Assembly: GCA_963663405.2 (NCBI GenBank)
Contig: CAXXSM010000027.1
Span: forward strand, 1-61,967
Length of the DNA: 61,967 bases
Direction of reading: 5' to 3'
Origin: a bacterium
Lineage (GTDB): Bacteria > Hinthialibacterota > Hinthialibacteria > Hinthialibacterales > Hinthialibacteraceae
The notes below the pieces were generated by a model. That model searched no databases. It was not told where the DNA came from and was given only the letters and a program-made list of their open reading frames with translations. Below are positions 9,333 to 20,350 of the stretch, piece after piece. The stretch's first letter is position 1; each line of letters begins with the position of its first letter. The position numbers were made by a program, and so were the translations under genes.

Positions 9333-10676
9333 TTAGAATTCACTCTCTGTAGATCCATAAACCCTGAACCCATCATATTCCCAAAGAAGGATGAAATCCC
9401 GCTCAAGAATCTTTAGCATACTGCGATATAGGGATTCATCAATTCTATCGTAGACTTCCCCATAAAGAGCCGTATCGATAACCACACGGTTAGCTTGCGC
9501 TATGCTTTGCTCATCCGTCAGTCCGCGTGGAAAAGGGAGCAGGCATCTTTGCTGGGCTAGAATACTGTGATACGCGCTGTTTTGCACACTGACGATATAG
9601 TTTCTTTCCTCGAATAACGATTTCAGAGATTCCGCGATAATATGATCCCGTTTCGTAGGGATGAATTTTGACCAATGATAGTCAGAATGATATTTCTCAA
9701 ACCAAAACTGCCTCGATAAAGGCGATGGGGCCAGCAAAGCGTGAAACATAAAACTCACGATCAGTATGATAAGCGAGGTGATCCGTATGGAATGAAACCG
9801 TTTGAATCGCGGAAGCCATCGAGCGATTTCAGGTATCCCCAGGATCGCTGAAAAGACAATCGGGATCGTGAAAATGATCGCGTATTGCGTACCAATACTG
9901 TAATGGGAAGCGTTCGAATTGAAGAGCACAAAGATAAAAGGAAACAGAATGGGCGCCAACCAAGTAGGTTTCATCACAGACAAAAAAGCAAAGGGCGCAA
10001 ATAAACAAAAGAAGAAAAAGACTTTTGGGAAGAGTGGCTGTATCGTACTGAGCGTGACGCCATAAGGAGTCAAAAGCAGTCCACCCAAAATCGTGAAACA
10101 GGTGAAGTAGAACATGTAAAGATAATTCATATACGCTGAGCGCCAGTAAGCCGTGATAAAATAGAGGATCAGCACAAAAGGTGTCACCTCTTTAACCGCA
10201 AAGAGCAGGAAAGTTACCGCTGACAATCGGGGCAGCGTCCACTCTTTCTTCCACTCCCAATAGTAAAGTAAACCAAACAGCAACGGAAACCAATGATCCG
10301 TGTGAAAATCATAAAGACATATATACCAGACTGGAGAATATAATAGATAGGCCAGCGTTATCCAACACGCGGAGAGCGAATCCTTCAGAACACACACTGC
10401 AAACCGATGAACAATCCAAGCGCTCAACGTCACAATACCACACTGCAAAAACAGTAATGGAAGCATTCCGCCGAGTTCATACAATGGAATATAGAGCCAG
10501 TAAATTGGCCTGTGAAAGTAGAAGGCTATGGGTAACGGATTGCGTAAAAAGGAGTATAAACGGTGTTCCCAGATTCCAAAGTCGTAAAAATGATAAGAGA
10601 GGGAAGACCAGCGTAATAGAGCCAGAATAGAGACGGGCAGCATGAAGAGGAAAAGCAATTTAGATTTAACAAGCAT
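9333..10676 (-). CDS. Polytopic membrane protein, DUF2079/GT-C-like
   Basis: 447 aa, many hydrophobic segments; YDFGIWE, YDFHTD, VKE and TQY motifs. Confidence 0.6.
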   Translation of the reverse strand: MLVKSKLLFLFMLPVSILALLRWSSLSYHFYDFGIWEHRLYSFLRNPLPIAFYFHRPIYWLYIPLYELGGMLPLLFLQCGIVTLSAWIVHRFAVCVLKDSLSACWITLAYLLYSPVWYICLYDFHTDHWFPLLFGLLYYWEWKKEWTLPRLSAVTFLLFAVKEVTPFVLILYFITAYWRSAYMNYLYMFYFTCFTILGGLLLTPYGVTLSTIQPLFPKVFFFFCLFAPFAFLSVMKPTWLAPILFPFIFVLFNSNASHYSIGTQYAIIFTIPIVFSAILGIPEIARWLPRFKRFHSIRITSLIILIVSFMFHALLAPSPLSRQFWFEKYHSDYHWSKFIPTKRDHIIAESLKSLFEERNYIVSVQNSAYHSILAQQRCLLPFPRGLTDEQSIAQANRVVIDTALYGEVYDRIDESLYRSMLKILERDFILLWEYDGFRVYGSTESEF

Positions 10677-10723
10677 GGGTGGATACCCTCATGGATCTCT
10701 ATTTAAATCCATGACTCAAGCGT

Positions 10724-13700
10724 CTAGCTTACCTGAACCGTACTGATGCGGACCGGTTTATCCGAAACCTGATTCAGCAGCGTTTCCACTTCATGACGCT
10801 GCGCTGGATTGCGCAGAATCAACGGCATGTAACCGCCTCCACCGGCGCCGGCTAGAGAGCATCCATAGAGATAGGGACGAATCGCGTTCATCATTTGCGT
10901 CACGTTTTGAGGTTCGGCCCCACTGGCCATTTTCTTTTTTTGGCTCCAATACGTGTCCAGACACCGGCCCACGCCTTCCAGGTCTTCCCGTTCAAGACAT
11001 TCTCTCGCCTGATAAGCGTTTGTAGTAAGGTTTTCCACTAATTCCACAATTTCGGGAGAACGGGCGTACCATAGGCGAATCACTCCTTGCAGGAGATTGC
11101 GCGCAAGCCGTGTTCGCCCTGTGTAAACCAGTAAAACATGATCATTCAGCGTCTGAATCATTGATTCTGAGAGATTCAACACCTCATGTTCGACCCGCAA
11201 CGGCAATGATGCGGATGAGTGAGCGATCTTTACACCGGCGATTAATCCACCCACCTGATCCTGCCAACCGCCGCCGGTTGTCAAGAGTTGCTCCAAAACC
11301 AAGACCGCGTGTATCAGTGAGGTGTCATTGTAAATAAAACCAACCGCTTGCCCGATAGCGCGCAACAACGCCGCCGCTAGAATACTGCTGGTTCCCAAAC
11401 CGGAACCCGTCGGAAGATTCGACCACGTTTCGATTTCCAAACCACCTTCGATCTTGTCCAGCTGTTTGGAGAGTGGTTCCTTTGACTCAGCGTTAATGAT
11501 CTGTGTCACAATCAAGGCCGCTTTACACAACGCCGCTGGAGCCAAGGGTTGCGCGTAATCCTGCATCTCATCAAGATTCCGGCAAACCACGTGTACGTTT
11601 CGATCAATGTTAAATCGGAGAATTCGTTCTTCAATCCGCCGGACCTTGGCGCCAATCGGCTTTTTCCCGTCCAGCGCCACCGCCATATTGACCACCACTC
11701 CTCCCTGTTCGTAAGTAATAGGAGGCGTATCCGACCACCCCCCAGCAAGGTCAATTCGAGCGGGGAGTTCAACTGTAATCCATTCATCATAAGGCGTTGG
11801 CTTTGATTTCGTTGCGTTAATCGGCGCTGTCTGAACAGATTTACGGATCAAGACTTGGGCAGCGCCTTCATAATGACGCGCGGCGCGGATCAACCGCTCC
11901 GGACTGTCAAGCCAGTGAGTTCTTTCGTTCGCGAGAGATTGAACCGCCTGGCGGATATCCCCGCGCTCCAGCGCGTCGAATCCCGCTTTCCAGTTCAGGT
12001 TTCTCATCGGACCGGAGCGTAATCCTCCCCGATTATCCGCAAAGAGCGCAAGCGTATCGGCGATAGTGGAGAAAATGCGCGCGGCGGCCGCCGGCTCCGC
12101 TTCCATCGCCAGCGTGTCCAGATTCTTGACTACATCGGTCTGTCCTTCCATCGCGAGACGTTTTAAGAGTGGAAGCAAATACTCTTTTTGACCACTCTTC
12201 TGAAAGCAGTTTTCAATCAAATGTAAATCCATCTTGTGCGACAACGTCTGGCGCCAAGAAAACTCGCTGACCGGATCGGCTTGTTGAAGAATATCCGCCA
12301 ACGACAATCGTTTGGAAACTCGCCATTTTTTCAATATAGCGCTGGAGACGGGCTTTGGATTCTGCATCCAAAGAACCGATTCCAGCCATTCACCTTGCCG
12401 CAGAATAGGAAAGAGTTTCGCCGTCCACAACGTGCGGGACGCAGGCGGAACATCCGGCCAAATCTCTTCCGCATCCAGCCCATGCTCCGCGAGAAATTGA
12501 AACCACGGCTGATTCACAAACGTCGCGTTGTCATCTTGATAGTGAAGTTTGATCGCGTCATAGACGCCGTAGAGAATTACTACATTGTTCGTCTCTTCCT
12601 GGCTGTCCGCTTGAAGCGCAATCTCCTTCAAAACAATATTGTTTTCAATACAGATTCCATAATACGAGCGGATGCCGGAACAGACCGCGCCTGCGCCTAC
12701 TCGCCAGTTTCCCTTGAGTTCAGAATGTTCGATAACAGCGTCCGGTTCAGCTTTCCCCACTCCGGTTAACAGGCTATTAATCACAACGGCGTTTTCTTCC
12801 AATTCCTCCGATTCAATATACGCCCGGACATGACGCTGGAAACCAAACAGCGATTTAAAATGATCGTTTGCCGTAAAGAGATCAACATATTCCTTTGTGG
12901 TTCCGGCATGAGCGAATTCTCCCCCCTGAACAATGACCGCATAAAAAGAAAGATTATGCAGATGTTCCCATAACTGTTCCCGCGCGGCTTGAAGAGCGTT
13001 CCGGTTTTTCGCATCGGAGAGCATCGCAAAATACTCGGCTTGATCCGTGCCCTGTACCAAACAGACAAGAATATCCGAGTAGAGTTCAATTCGCAGTGGT
13101 TCCGCCCCATTATCCACGCCAAGGTATGAGCACGCGTCCAGCGGAGGGGCCACATTGAGTGATAAGAGAGCGCATGTTGTTTCGGGACAAAAATAAAGGA
13201 TCCCCGAATCCAAAGGATTTTTCCATCCACAAGCAGCGATTGCTTGGTGAGAATATCCTGCGCAGGTTTTTGGTAAAAAGCGTCTACCAATCCCGTATCA
13301 GGAGAGACTTTATACACGCCATGTCCGGCGGCGTAAGACGCATGGGCGGGAATGGCGACTCCCGTCACACCTCCCTGATTCCAGATATACTCTTTCTCCG
13401 GCAGGTGAAGAAGCACATCGCCACTGGCTACAACCAATCCGGCTTCCACCGAAGCGGTCATGACCGTAATCTGCTTCATCAATAACGAGAATGGGGAAGC
13501 CAACTCACCTGGTTCAATCTCGAACGGAAAACTGGAGAACGCTTTGCCTGTCACAGAGCAGAGAGGAATCCTCTGACTGTCGCCCCCCGGAATGAATAAT
13601 AAGGATTTTAGACGATAGCAACGATTCTGGATCAATATACGAAAATCCTTTTCGCGCGGAAAGGTATTCAGTGACCGTCAACAAGGCGTTCAACGTGGCC

Positions 13701-13887
13701 CCTCCGCTGCCGATCCGCTCCGAAGAAGGATCGGGAACCGCCAGCGCGATTGTTTGGCCCGCGATTATTCTTTCTGCTGGAGACGGTTCAGCTCCTGTTG
13801 ATAACTTTGCGCTTGCGCCGGGCTGGCCGCCGTCACAACAATCGCGGACCAGGGGATAGATTGATTCATAGGGTCATTCTCACTCAT
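10724..13887 (-). CDS. Bifunctional L-fucokinase / fucose-1-phosphate guanylyltransferase, split by two frameshifts (~13585, ~13215)
   Basis: Manual translation from ATG 13887: RIGSGGATLNAL, HSGG(D)SQRIP; GHMP kinase motifs PARIDLAGGWSDTPP, LPTGSGLGTSS, GGGWQDQ, LAGAGGGG. Confidence 0.85.
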
Positions 13888-14051
13888 GCTTTCGAATCAA
13901 GTGATGCAGCCGATGAAACGAAGGAACAAATAGTTTTTCCTCCTCATTTTGAGGAGAATTGGGAGTAGGATTGCGTAATAAATAAGCAATATCACTAATA
14001 ATTAATGTGATCTTAAGATGGTAGAAATAAAATGAATAAGATGATCGACAT

Positions 14052-14189
14052 TTACTCCTTCTCAGATGAATTCAACGATTTCGTAAACGCTTCAACCAGG
14101 TTTCCCAACCGGATTATCAAAATAAACAGAGCCACTCCAAGAAGCAACTCTACCACTGCGCTAACCATTGTTGGAATTAAATCCGCCAT
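14052..14189 (-). CDS. 45-aa single-pass membrane protein
   Basis: MADLIPTMVSAVVELLLGVALFILIIRLGNLVEAFTKSLNSSEKE; AGGAG RBS upstream; resembles the neighbouring small ORF. Confidence 0.6.
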   Translation of the reverse strand: MADLIPTMVSAVVELLLGVALFILIIRLGNLVEAFTKSLNSSEKE

Positions 14190-14214
14190 TTTAATACACT
14201 CCTGATAAAGATTG

Positions 14215-14355
14215 TCATTCTTTCTTCTTTATTTTTAAATCTAATAATTCTGATAATGTATCGAGCAAGGAAAGCAGCCGGAGAATCACTACAAATAAAC
14301 CGATTCCGACCAGGAGATTGATAATCAATGAAATGATTTGAATCATATTTTCCAT
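14215..14355 (-). CDS. 46-aa single-pass membrane protein
   Basis: MENMIQIISLIINLLVGIGLFVVILRLLSLLDTLSELLDLKIKKKE; ATG directly follows the stop of the upstream gene (TAAATG). Confidence 0.55.
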   Translation of the reverse strand: MENMIQIISLIINLLVGIGLFVVILRLLSLLDTLSELLDLKIKKKE

Positions 14356-17300
14356 TTATATTTCTCCCTGTTTCTCTTCCCTCTGTTCCCGATCATTTTT
14401 TTTCAATTCGATTAATCCCCGGATGACGCCCACAGCCAGGAAGAAAAAACCGGTAACGGCGAATTGTTCCGCCACCGGTTCCAGTTTCACTGAAACAAGC
14501 GCCAAGATAAAGAGTAATATTACAATAAATCCTGCAATAAAGGGAGTACCAGAATCACGATAGACATAAACAGCGGCCGCTGGAAGAGTCCTGAAAAACC
14601 AACCTTTGATCATCCGCATAAAATGCCCAAAAGTAATCACGAAAGCCATTGCGCCCATCGTGAAAAAATAGTTGCTTTGATGGCCGCGCATTGGAGTTTG
14701 CATACCGATTCCATACAGTCCACCAGTGGCGAGAAACCATAGAACCAAGAGCCCTTCTTCGGGGATAAACCAATATGCTTTGTTCAATCCCGATAAAACC
14801 GGCTGACACAGAAACTTCATCACCGCCATGATCTTACGCCGGACAAAGTAAAGTACGCTCAGGACACCCAAGAGAACAAGCAATGTCATTCCCATTATTT
14901 TCAGACGGCGGACAATGGAGGGGGCTTTCTTCCCCACTTCGCTGGTGGTTGGAATCGTATACTGCGCCTGCGCTTCGAAACAAGTTGATTCGATCTGGAA
15001 GAATGGTGTGTTTTTCAGAGTCAGTACATGATCGCCCATTGCGATAGGCGTAAGTCCGAGTACTTGCCATTCAACCGCATCATCGGGAAACAACAACGTG
15101 TTGAGTTTCAACGGCTTTTCATCGATCTCAATCGCAAGTTGATCAAGTTCATTTCGGGCAGTGCGTCTTAACCAAGACACTTTCAGTTGAGGAACGGGAA
15201 AAACGGCCAATGATTCTTCTCCTGAATAGCGCACTCGCAGCGAAAAATCACTGCTAATCTCCTGGAAATCTTGAAAATTGAAAATAGTTGAATCCTCAGG
15301 AAATGGAATCTCCCCACCAGGATAGTGGATCGCCAATTCGAAACTGGGAGGAAGGTTCTTCTCAATCGTCAGAGTCAAAGGTTGAACGTACTCTTGTTCA
15401 ACCGGAACCATTAATTCAAATACATTGCTTGAGGATGCCCAAAAATAGAGTTTCTTCTGTTCTTCATTATAAACGGCATTCCCACTAGGTGATTCGGTTA
15501 GTGGAATCGTTTGATTCAATTCCCACCATTCATATTGATCGTAATCCATCTCTCCAGCAAAATCGTTTGATACCGTGTCAATAACAAGAAAATTCAGTGT
15601 GCGATTACCGAGTTCTATCTGTTTTTCCGGTTCAATTGTAATGTCATTAATCATCGATTGAGGGGGTAAATCCAAGGGGAAAGGATTTCGTTTCGTTGGC
15701 AGAGAAATGTCGATTTGGCGGTCTTCCAGAAACATGTCTCGATAGCGAAGATGAATATCAAACGGTTCCTCTTGGGGAGAGACGCCCCCGTAATACAAAT
15801 AGGAAGTTCCCATAAACTGTTTGTTATTGTTTTTCCACTGAATAATCATGTCCTGATCCTCGGGCGCCGTCTTGAATGGCGCGCCATCCACTTTTTCAAT
15901 AGTAATCTCCCAAGGGATCATGATTTTGTTTGCGTACTCGATGTCGTTACGTAGGATCGAAAATGTAAAACGCGTGTCGCCGTCATCACTAAGTTCAAGA
16001 GGCGCGCAATGATTGGGAAGAAGATTATCCCACTCCGACACTCGGATGACGCCTTTATCAGTATGGATAATATTTGCCTGACACCATTTCAGATTTTCGA
16101 CCTTCGCAATATAGCGGGGTTTCTCATCCCCCTTTTTGATGGTTAATCGGATTTCCGGCGTTATATCCGACATATGAAATCCTGCGAATTTCATGTGCGT
16201 TTCATCTTTTTCGATCTGATAGTACGCGCCCTCTACGCTGAAATCAAAGTCTTGATCTCCATAAGGTGTAGAGATAAACCTGGGATTAATTTTCTTTAGG
16301 ATGAACTTTTTACCAAAAACTGGCGTAAATTTTTGAAGCACATGATTTTGTTCCACGGCGGGAAAAGTGGGGATAAATGCCTTGATCTTTTTTTCTGGCT
16401 CTTGAAAGACGACCGGCGTATCAATCGTCCGGCGGTCCGCTAGAAAGGCATTGTCCCATGTGACGATCTGCGGAGATTCCAATTTGGCCTCTACCGTGAC
16501 GGATAAAATCGAGCCATTCATGATATTTTGCTCGTTAAACGCTTTTTCGAGATCAATATCAATGGTCCGATTCAAGTCATTGCTGTTGACTGTCAGTTCA
16601 AGGTTTGACGCGGCTTTATTCTGGGGGCCTTGATAACTGTAGGTGGCGAGTTTCTTGATTTTTTTCTCTTTCTTAAACGCAGGGATATTGGCGCCGATAT
16701 ATATAATTGTTTCCATGAGTGTGCTCGTTCGCGCTTGAATCTTGAGACGTTTGAAGGTCTCACTCAGATCGAGAACTTCCACTTCATAGCCACCCGACAT
16801 CTCCCGCCGGTGAACCATCTCTTGATACGTCACAAAGCGGTCCCGCCGTTTATCCCCTGTGGTGTCCAGGGAGAGAACAACCATGCGCAGGTCTGTTTTC
16901 GGCAGCATATAAAATTTGATCAGATCAAGATCCTCGAGTGCCATATCTAAACGTCTTTGAAAAACAACCTGATCTTCATGCTGCGTGTAATACCACTTAT
17001 CATCACTTTTGAATCCCAATTCACGTTTCACCAGGTACATCTTGGATTTTACGGCGTACTGACCATTTTCCATATCGATTTCATGGAGAAGGGAGAGTTT
17101 TTCCTTTTGGGGTGGGTAATCACCTTGCAGGATAAAATCAGGGATTCCATCATCGTCGGTATCGAGATGAATCGATATATTCAATACCATCTCATGATAA
17201 GGATGAGCCAGTTCCCATTCAAGAAAGAGGTGATTGAAATTGAGAATCTTTAAAGGCTCATTTTCAGAAGACAGTTTCCACACTTTGGAAATAGGATTTG

Positions 17301-17565
17301 ACCGGCAAAGAAAAGTCTCCCCCTCATCAATCAATAGTTTTTTGTTGAGAAACCACTGCATAGGTTCCGTAACGGGTTCAATTTTCGCTTTGACCAGAAA
17401 ATTGTCATCTTTCTTCAGTGTAAAAAGCCCATGATCCATCTCTTCGATATAGCGGTCCTCTGAATCAACTAATGGGTACGACAGCGAATGTCCACCTGAA
17501 CTTTGGGTGAAAGCAGTTGGACCGGATAATAAAAACCAAAAAACAAGAATGAAAAATATCGGCAT
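14356..17565 (-). CDS. Large exported protein with C-terminal multi-TM anchor, function unknown
   Basis: 1069 aa; signal peptide, long soluble region, about five C-terminal hydrophobic helices. Confidence 0.7.
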   Translation of the reverse strand: MPIFFILVFWFLLSGPTAFTQSSGGHSLSYPLVDSEDRYIEEMDHGLFTLKKDDNFLVKAKIEPVTEPMQWFLNKKLLIDEGETFLCRSNPISKVWKLSSENEPLKILNFNHLFLEWELAHPYHEMVLNISIHLDTDDDGIPDFILQGDYPPQKEKLSLLHEIDMENGQYAVKSKMYLVKRELGFKSDDKWYYTQHEDQVVFQRRLDMALEDLDLIKFYMLPKTDLRMVVLSLDTTGDKRRDRFVTYQEMVHRREMSGGYEVEVLDLSETFKRLKIQARTSTLMETIIYIGANIPAFKKEKKIKKLATYSYQGPQNKAASNLELTVNSNDLNRTIDIDLEKAFNEQNIMNGSILSVTVEAKLESPQIVTWDNAFLADRRTIDTPVVFQEPEKKIKAFIPTFPAVEQNHVLQKFTPVFGKKFILKKINPRFISTPYGDQDFDFSVEGAYYQIEKDETHMKFAGFHMSDITPEIRLTIKKGDEKPRYIAKVENLKWCQANIIHTDKGVIRVSEWDNLLPNHCAPLELSDDGDTRFTFSILRNDIEYANKIMIPWEITIEKVDGAPFKTAPEDQDMIIQWKNNNKQFMGTSYLYYGGVSPQEEPFDIHLRYRDMFLEDRQIDISLPTKRNPFPLDLPPQSMINDITIEPEKQIELGNRTLNFLVIDTVSNDFAGEMDYDQYEWWELNQTIPLTESPSGNAVYNEEQKKLYFWASSSNVFELMVPVEQEYVQPLTLTIEKNLPPSFELAIHYPGGEIPFPEDSTIFNFQDFQEISSDFSLRVRYSGEESLAVFPVPQLKVSWLRRTARNELDQLAIEIDEKPLKLNTLLFPDDAVEWQVLGLTPIAMGDHVLTLKNTPFFQIESTCFEAQAQYTIPTTSEVGKKAPSIVRRLKIMGMTLLVLLGVLSVLYFVRRKIMAVMKFLCQPVLSGLNKAYWFIPEEGLLVLWFLATGGLYGIGMQTPMRGHQSNYFFTMGAMAFVITFGHFMRMIKGWFFRTLPAAAVYVYRDSGTPFIAGFIVILLFILALVSVKLEPVAEQFAVTGFFFLAVGVIRGLIELKKNDREQREEKQGEI

Positions 17566-18187
17566 TTTTTGTTCCTGCGAAAGAAAGATGATTTGGAGCC
17601 CTATTTTACTAACAATCAGGAGTATTCTGAAGTTGCATGATCATAACACACTTTCACGCTATCTTGCAGCTTCCCGCTTAGGATTCTTGACAGGATCGAC
17701 TTCTTAATCCTCTTCTCGTTAAAGATTTAAGCTATATCGTGGATACGAGTGTATCCCCAGTGAGATCAGTATGTTGACGGATCCCCCAAAATAGGCTAGC
17801 ATGCTACGGAAACAATATTTGACACATAAATTATGGTTGTCATATTTCCTTTATGATATATGAATCGAAACAATATGAATCCGCTTCCCATTTTCAAGCG
17901 CCGCTTCAGAGACTTGAAAAATCTGTAACTAGAATCCGATAACGGGCTGCTATTATCTCCGCCGATCATAAATCGAAAACCTTATCTGTTTTAATTCGAT
18001 TGAGTGGGTAGAATTACAGCCGGAGCGCTCATGATCATAGCGAAAGAAGAATAGTGGAAGCGGAGATGATTCATGAGATCATTTGGCCATAAAATATTCC
18101 GTTTTTTAAAATACGTTTCTAAGCGGAGCCGACCTCTCCACTCTTTCTATCAGAACGATATAAATTCTAAGAAAGTGAATAGACCTT

Positions 18188-19495
18188 TTGCAGCCATTAA
18201 CGATTCAATCAGAAACAAAGAGAAAGATTTTCTCAATGAAATGGTTTAAAGACGATGCGTTTCTACAGGGGAGTTCGATTCTCTTTGTTGGAAGCATGAT
18301 TGGGAATATCTGCAATTACCTTTTTCAATTCTTTATGGCGAGACACCTCAGTTCCGAGGATTTTGGCGCGATGAATTCATTGCTGTCACTCTTTATGATC
18401 AGCGGTGTTCCTGCGTTGTCAATTATGTTGATCTCGTCAAAGTTTGTCTCCAACTTCAAAGCAAACGGAGAACTGGAGAAAATTCAGTCGTTTCGAAAGA
18501 AACTATTTAATCCGGTGGCCAAGTTTGGAGCGTTTATTTTTTTTGTATTGTTATTGATCAGTCCATGGGTTCAGTGGTATTTAAAACTTGATTCGGTTAT
18601 TCCCGTGATTCTAGTCTGGGTGACGTTGTTCTTCTCTTTTTTATTGCCTGTAAATTTGGGAGCCTTGCAAGGATTGCAGCGATTCTTCCCACTGGGAATG
18701 GCGAGACTGCTTGTCGGATTTTTAAAACTTCTTTTCGGCGCGGGATTTGTGCTTTGTGGATTTGCGCTGAACGGTTCCATCGCGGGAATGGTATTCAGTA
18801 CGATAACTGTGATTATCCTAACCAATTATTGGCTCAAAGCGCTGCCACAAAACCAGAAAGAGATTTCGGATCTTGGTGTCGGCGTCAATAAAATAGTCTC
18901 TTTCGGCGTCCCTGTCGTCTTGAACGCGTTGGGGATCATGCTGTTGACCAATATGGACATGGTGCTTGTCAAACATTATTTTCCAGTTGACGTAGCAGGG
19001 AATTACGCCAAGATATCCGTGCTGGGAAAAACAATCTTCTTTTTGCCGGGCATCATCGTCATGGCGATGTTTCCCATGGCGTCGGAGAGATTCGCGCAAA
19101 AAAAGACCGGTTATCGCTTATTGTTAAAAAGTATGGCCGCCGCTTTTCTATTATCGGGAAGTGGAATATGTATCTTTTGGATTTTCCCACACCAAATGTT
19201 AGTTCTTCTCTATGGAAAATCATTTACAGGAGCCGATCAGCTGTTGATTCAATTTTCATTAGCCATGTTGTTCATGTCTCTCATTAATGTGTCGACGACT
19301 TTCTCTTTGGCAATGGAAAAAAAGCGCTTTTTAGCGATCTTGTTCAGCGCAGGGATTGTTTTATATATTTTGATTCATTTCTTCCATTCCGATTTACAAA
19401 CGGTGATATTCATGATCATAGTCACCTTAACGCTGTGTTTCACCGTTCTCACATGCCTGACTTACAACGATATGAAGGGATCGTGTAGTGGATAG
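18188..19495 (+). CDS. Wzx-like oligosaccharide flippase
   Basis: ~12 TM segments; NYLFQFFMARHLSSEDFG, DMVLVKHYF...AGNY. Confidence 0.85.
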   Translation: MQPLTIQSETKRKIFSMKWFKDDAFLQGSSILFVGSMIGNICNYLFQFFMARHLSSEDFGAMNSLLSLFMISGVPALSIMLISSKFVSNFKANGELEKIQSFRKKLFNPVAKFGAFIFFVLLLISPWVQWYLKLDSVIPVILVWVTLFFSFLLPVNLGALQGLQRFFPLGMARLLVGFLKLLFGAGFVLCGFALNGSIAGMVFSTITVIILTNYWLKALPQNQKEISDLGVGVNKIVSFGVPVVLNALGIMLLTNMDMVLVKHYFPVDVAGNYAKISVLGKTIFFLPGIIVMAMFPMASERFAQKKTGYRLLLKSMAAAFLLSGSGICIFWIFPHQMLVLLYGKSFTGADQLLIQFSLAMLFMSLINVSTTFSLAMEKKRFLAILFSAGIVLYILIHFFHSDLQTVIFMIIVTLTLCFTVLTCLTYNDMKGSCSG

Positions 19496-20258
19496 TTGCG
19501 CAGTACTTGTTTTATCATGCGATAAATATGCCGATCTATGGAAGCCATTTTTTCAGTCCTTCTGGAAGTTTTGGCCTTCGTGCCCATATCCAGTTTATCT
19601 GGGATCGAATACCATCGCCTATGAGGGGGACCGCGTTGCCACACTCTTGTCTGGAGAAGATACGGATTGGTCCTCCAGTTATCGATCCATCCTTGCGCAA
19701 ATCGAAGAAGAATATCTCTACGTTTTTTTAGAAGATATTTTTCTGATTCAAGAGCCCGATCCAGAGAGAATCCGTTTTGTCTCTGAAATGATGATTCAAA
19801 ACAAGGGGAATCATCTCCATTTCGCGCCGATCCCGAAACCGGAACGGATAGAGAATGGTGTGGGGATTTATGAACGGGGGATGCCATATCGCGCCACGGT
19901 TGTCGGTTTATGGAACCGACAATATCTATTACAATTGATCTTGGATGGGGAAAGCGCTTGGAATTTTGAAATTCTTGGCTCCTATAGGACACAATATGAC
20001 GATGGATTCTATTGCGCTTCACCCGCTTTGTTTCATTGGCTGAACGTGGTTGAAAAAGGAGTGTGGCAAAAACGAGAATTAGACTATTGTATAAAGAATG
20101 GATACACCGTTGATCTTGACCGCCGGGCTGTATTAAGTGGTTGGGATCATCTATGCAGCCGGCTAAAAAAATTGTGGTTTGATTGTTTTATTTGTATCCC
20201 TTGGCGATACCGTGTCAAACTGATGAATGGATTAAGGAAATTGTTTATTTCCTATTAA
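19488..20258 (+). CDS. Putative GT-A fold glycosyltransferase-like protein
   Basis: VLVLSCDKYADLW, FLED, GESAWNFE; position in the glycan operon. Confidence 0.55.
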   Translation: MDSCAVLVLSCDKYADLWKPFFQSFWKFWPSCPYPVYLGSNTIAYEGDRVATLLSGEDTDWSSSYRSILAQIEEEYLYVFLEDIFLIQEPDPERIRFVSEMMIQNKGNHLHFAPIPKPERIENGVGIYERGMPYRATVVGLWNRQYLLQLILDGESAWNFEILGSYRTQYDDGFYCASPALFHWLNVVEKGVWQKRELDYCIKNGYTVDLDRRAVLSGWDHLCSRLKKLWFDCFICIPWRYRVKLMNGLRKLFISY

Positions 20259-20350
20259 CTTGTTGACTCAATGGCGTACTATGGAATCCGGATTTCTATT
20301 AAAGTTTCCGCTTTGTATAACGCCTGGTTTCGAAACACTGGAAGAGCATC

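Noticed and set aside
13200-13600. Programmed frameshifting or phase variation in the fucokinase gene
   Set aside because: Single copy, short tracts, and similar indels elsewhere make sequencing error more likely.
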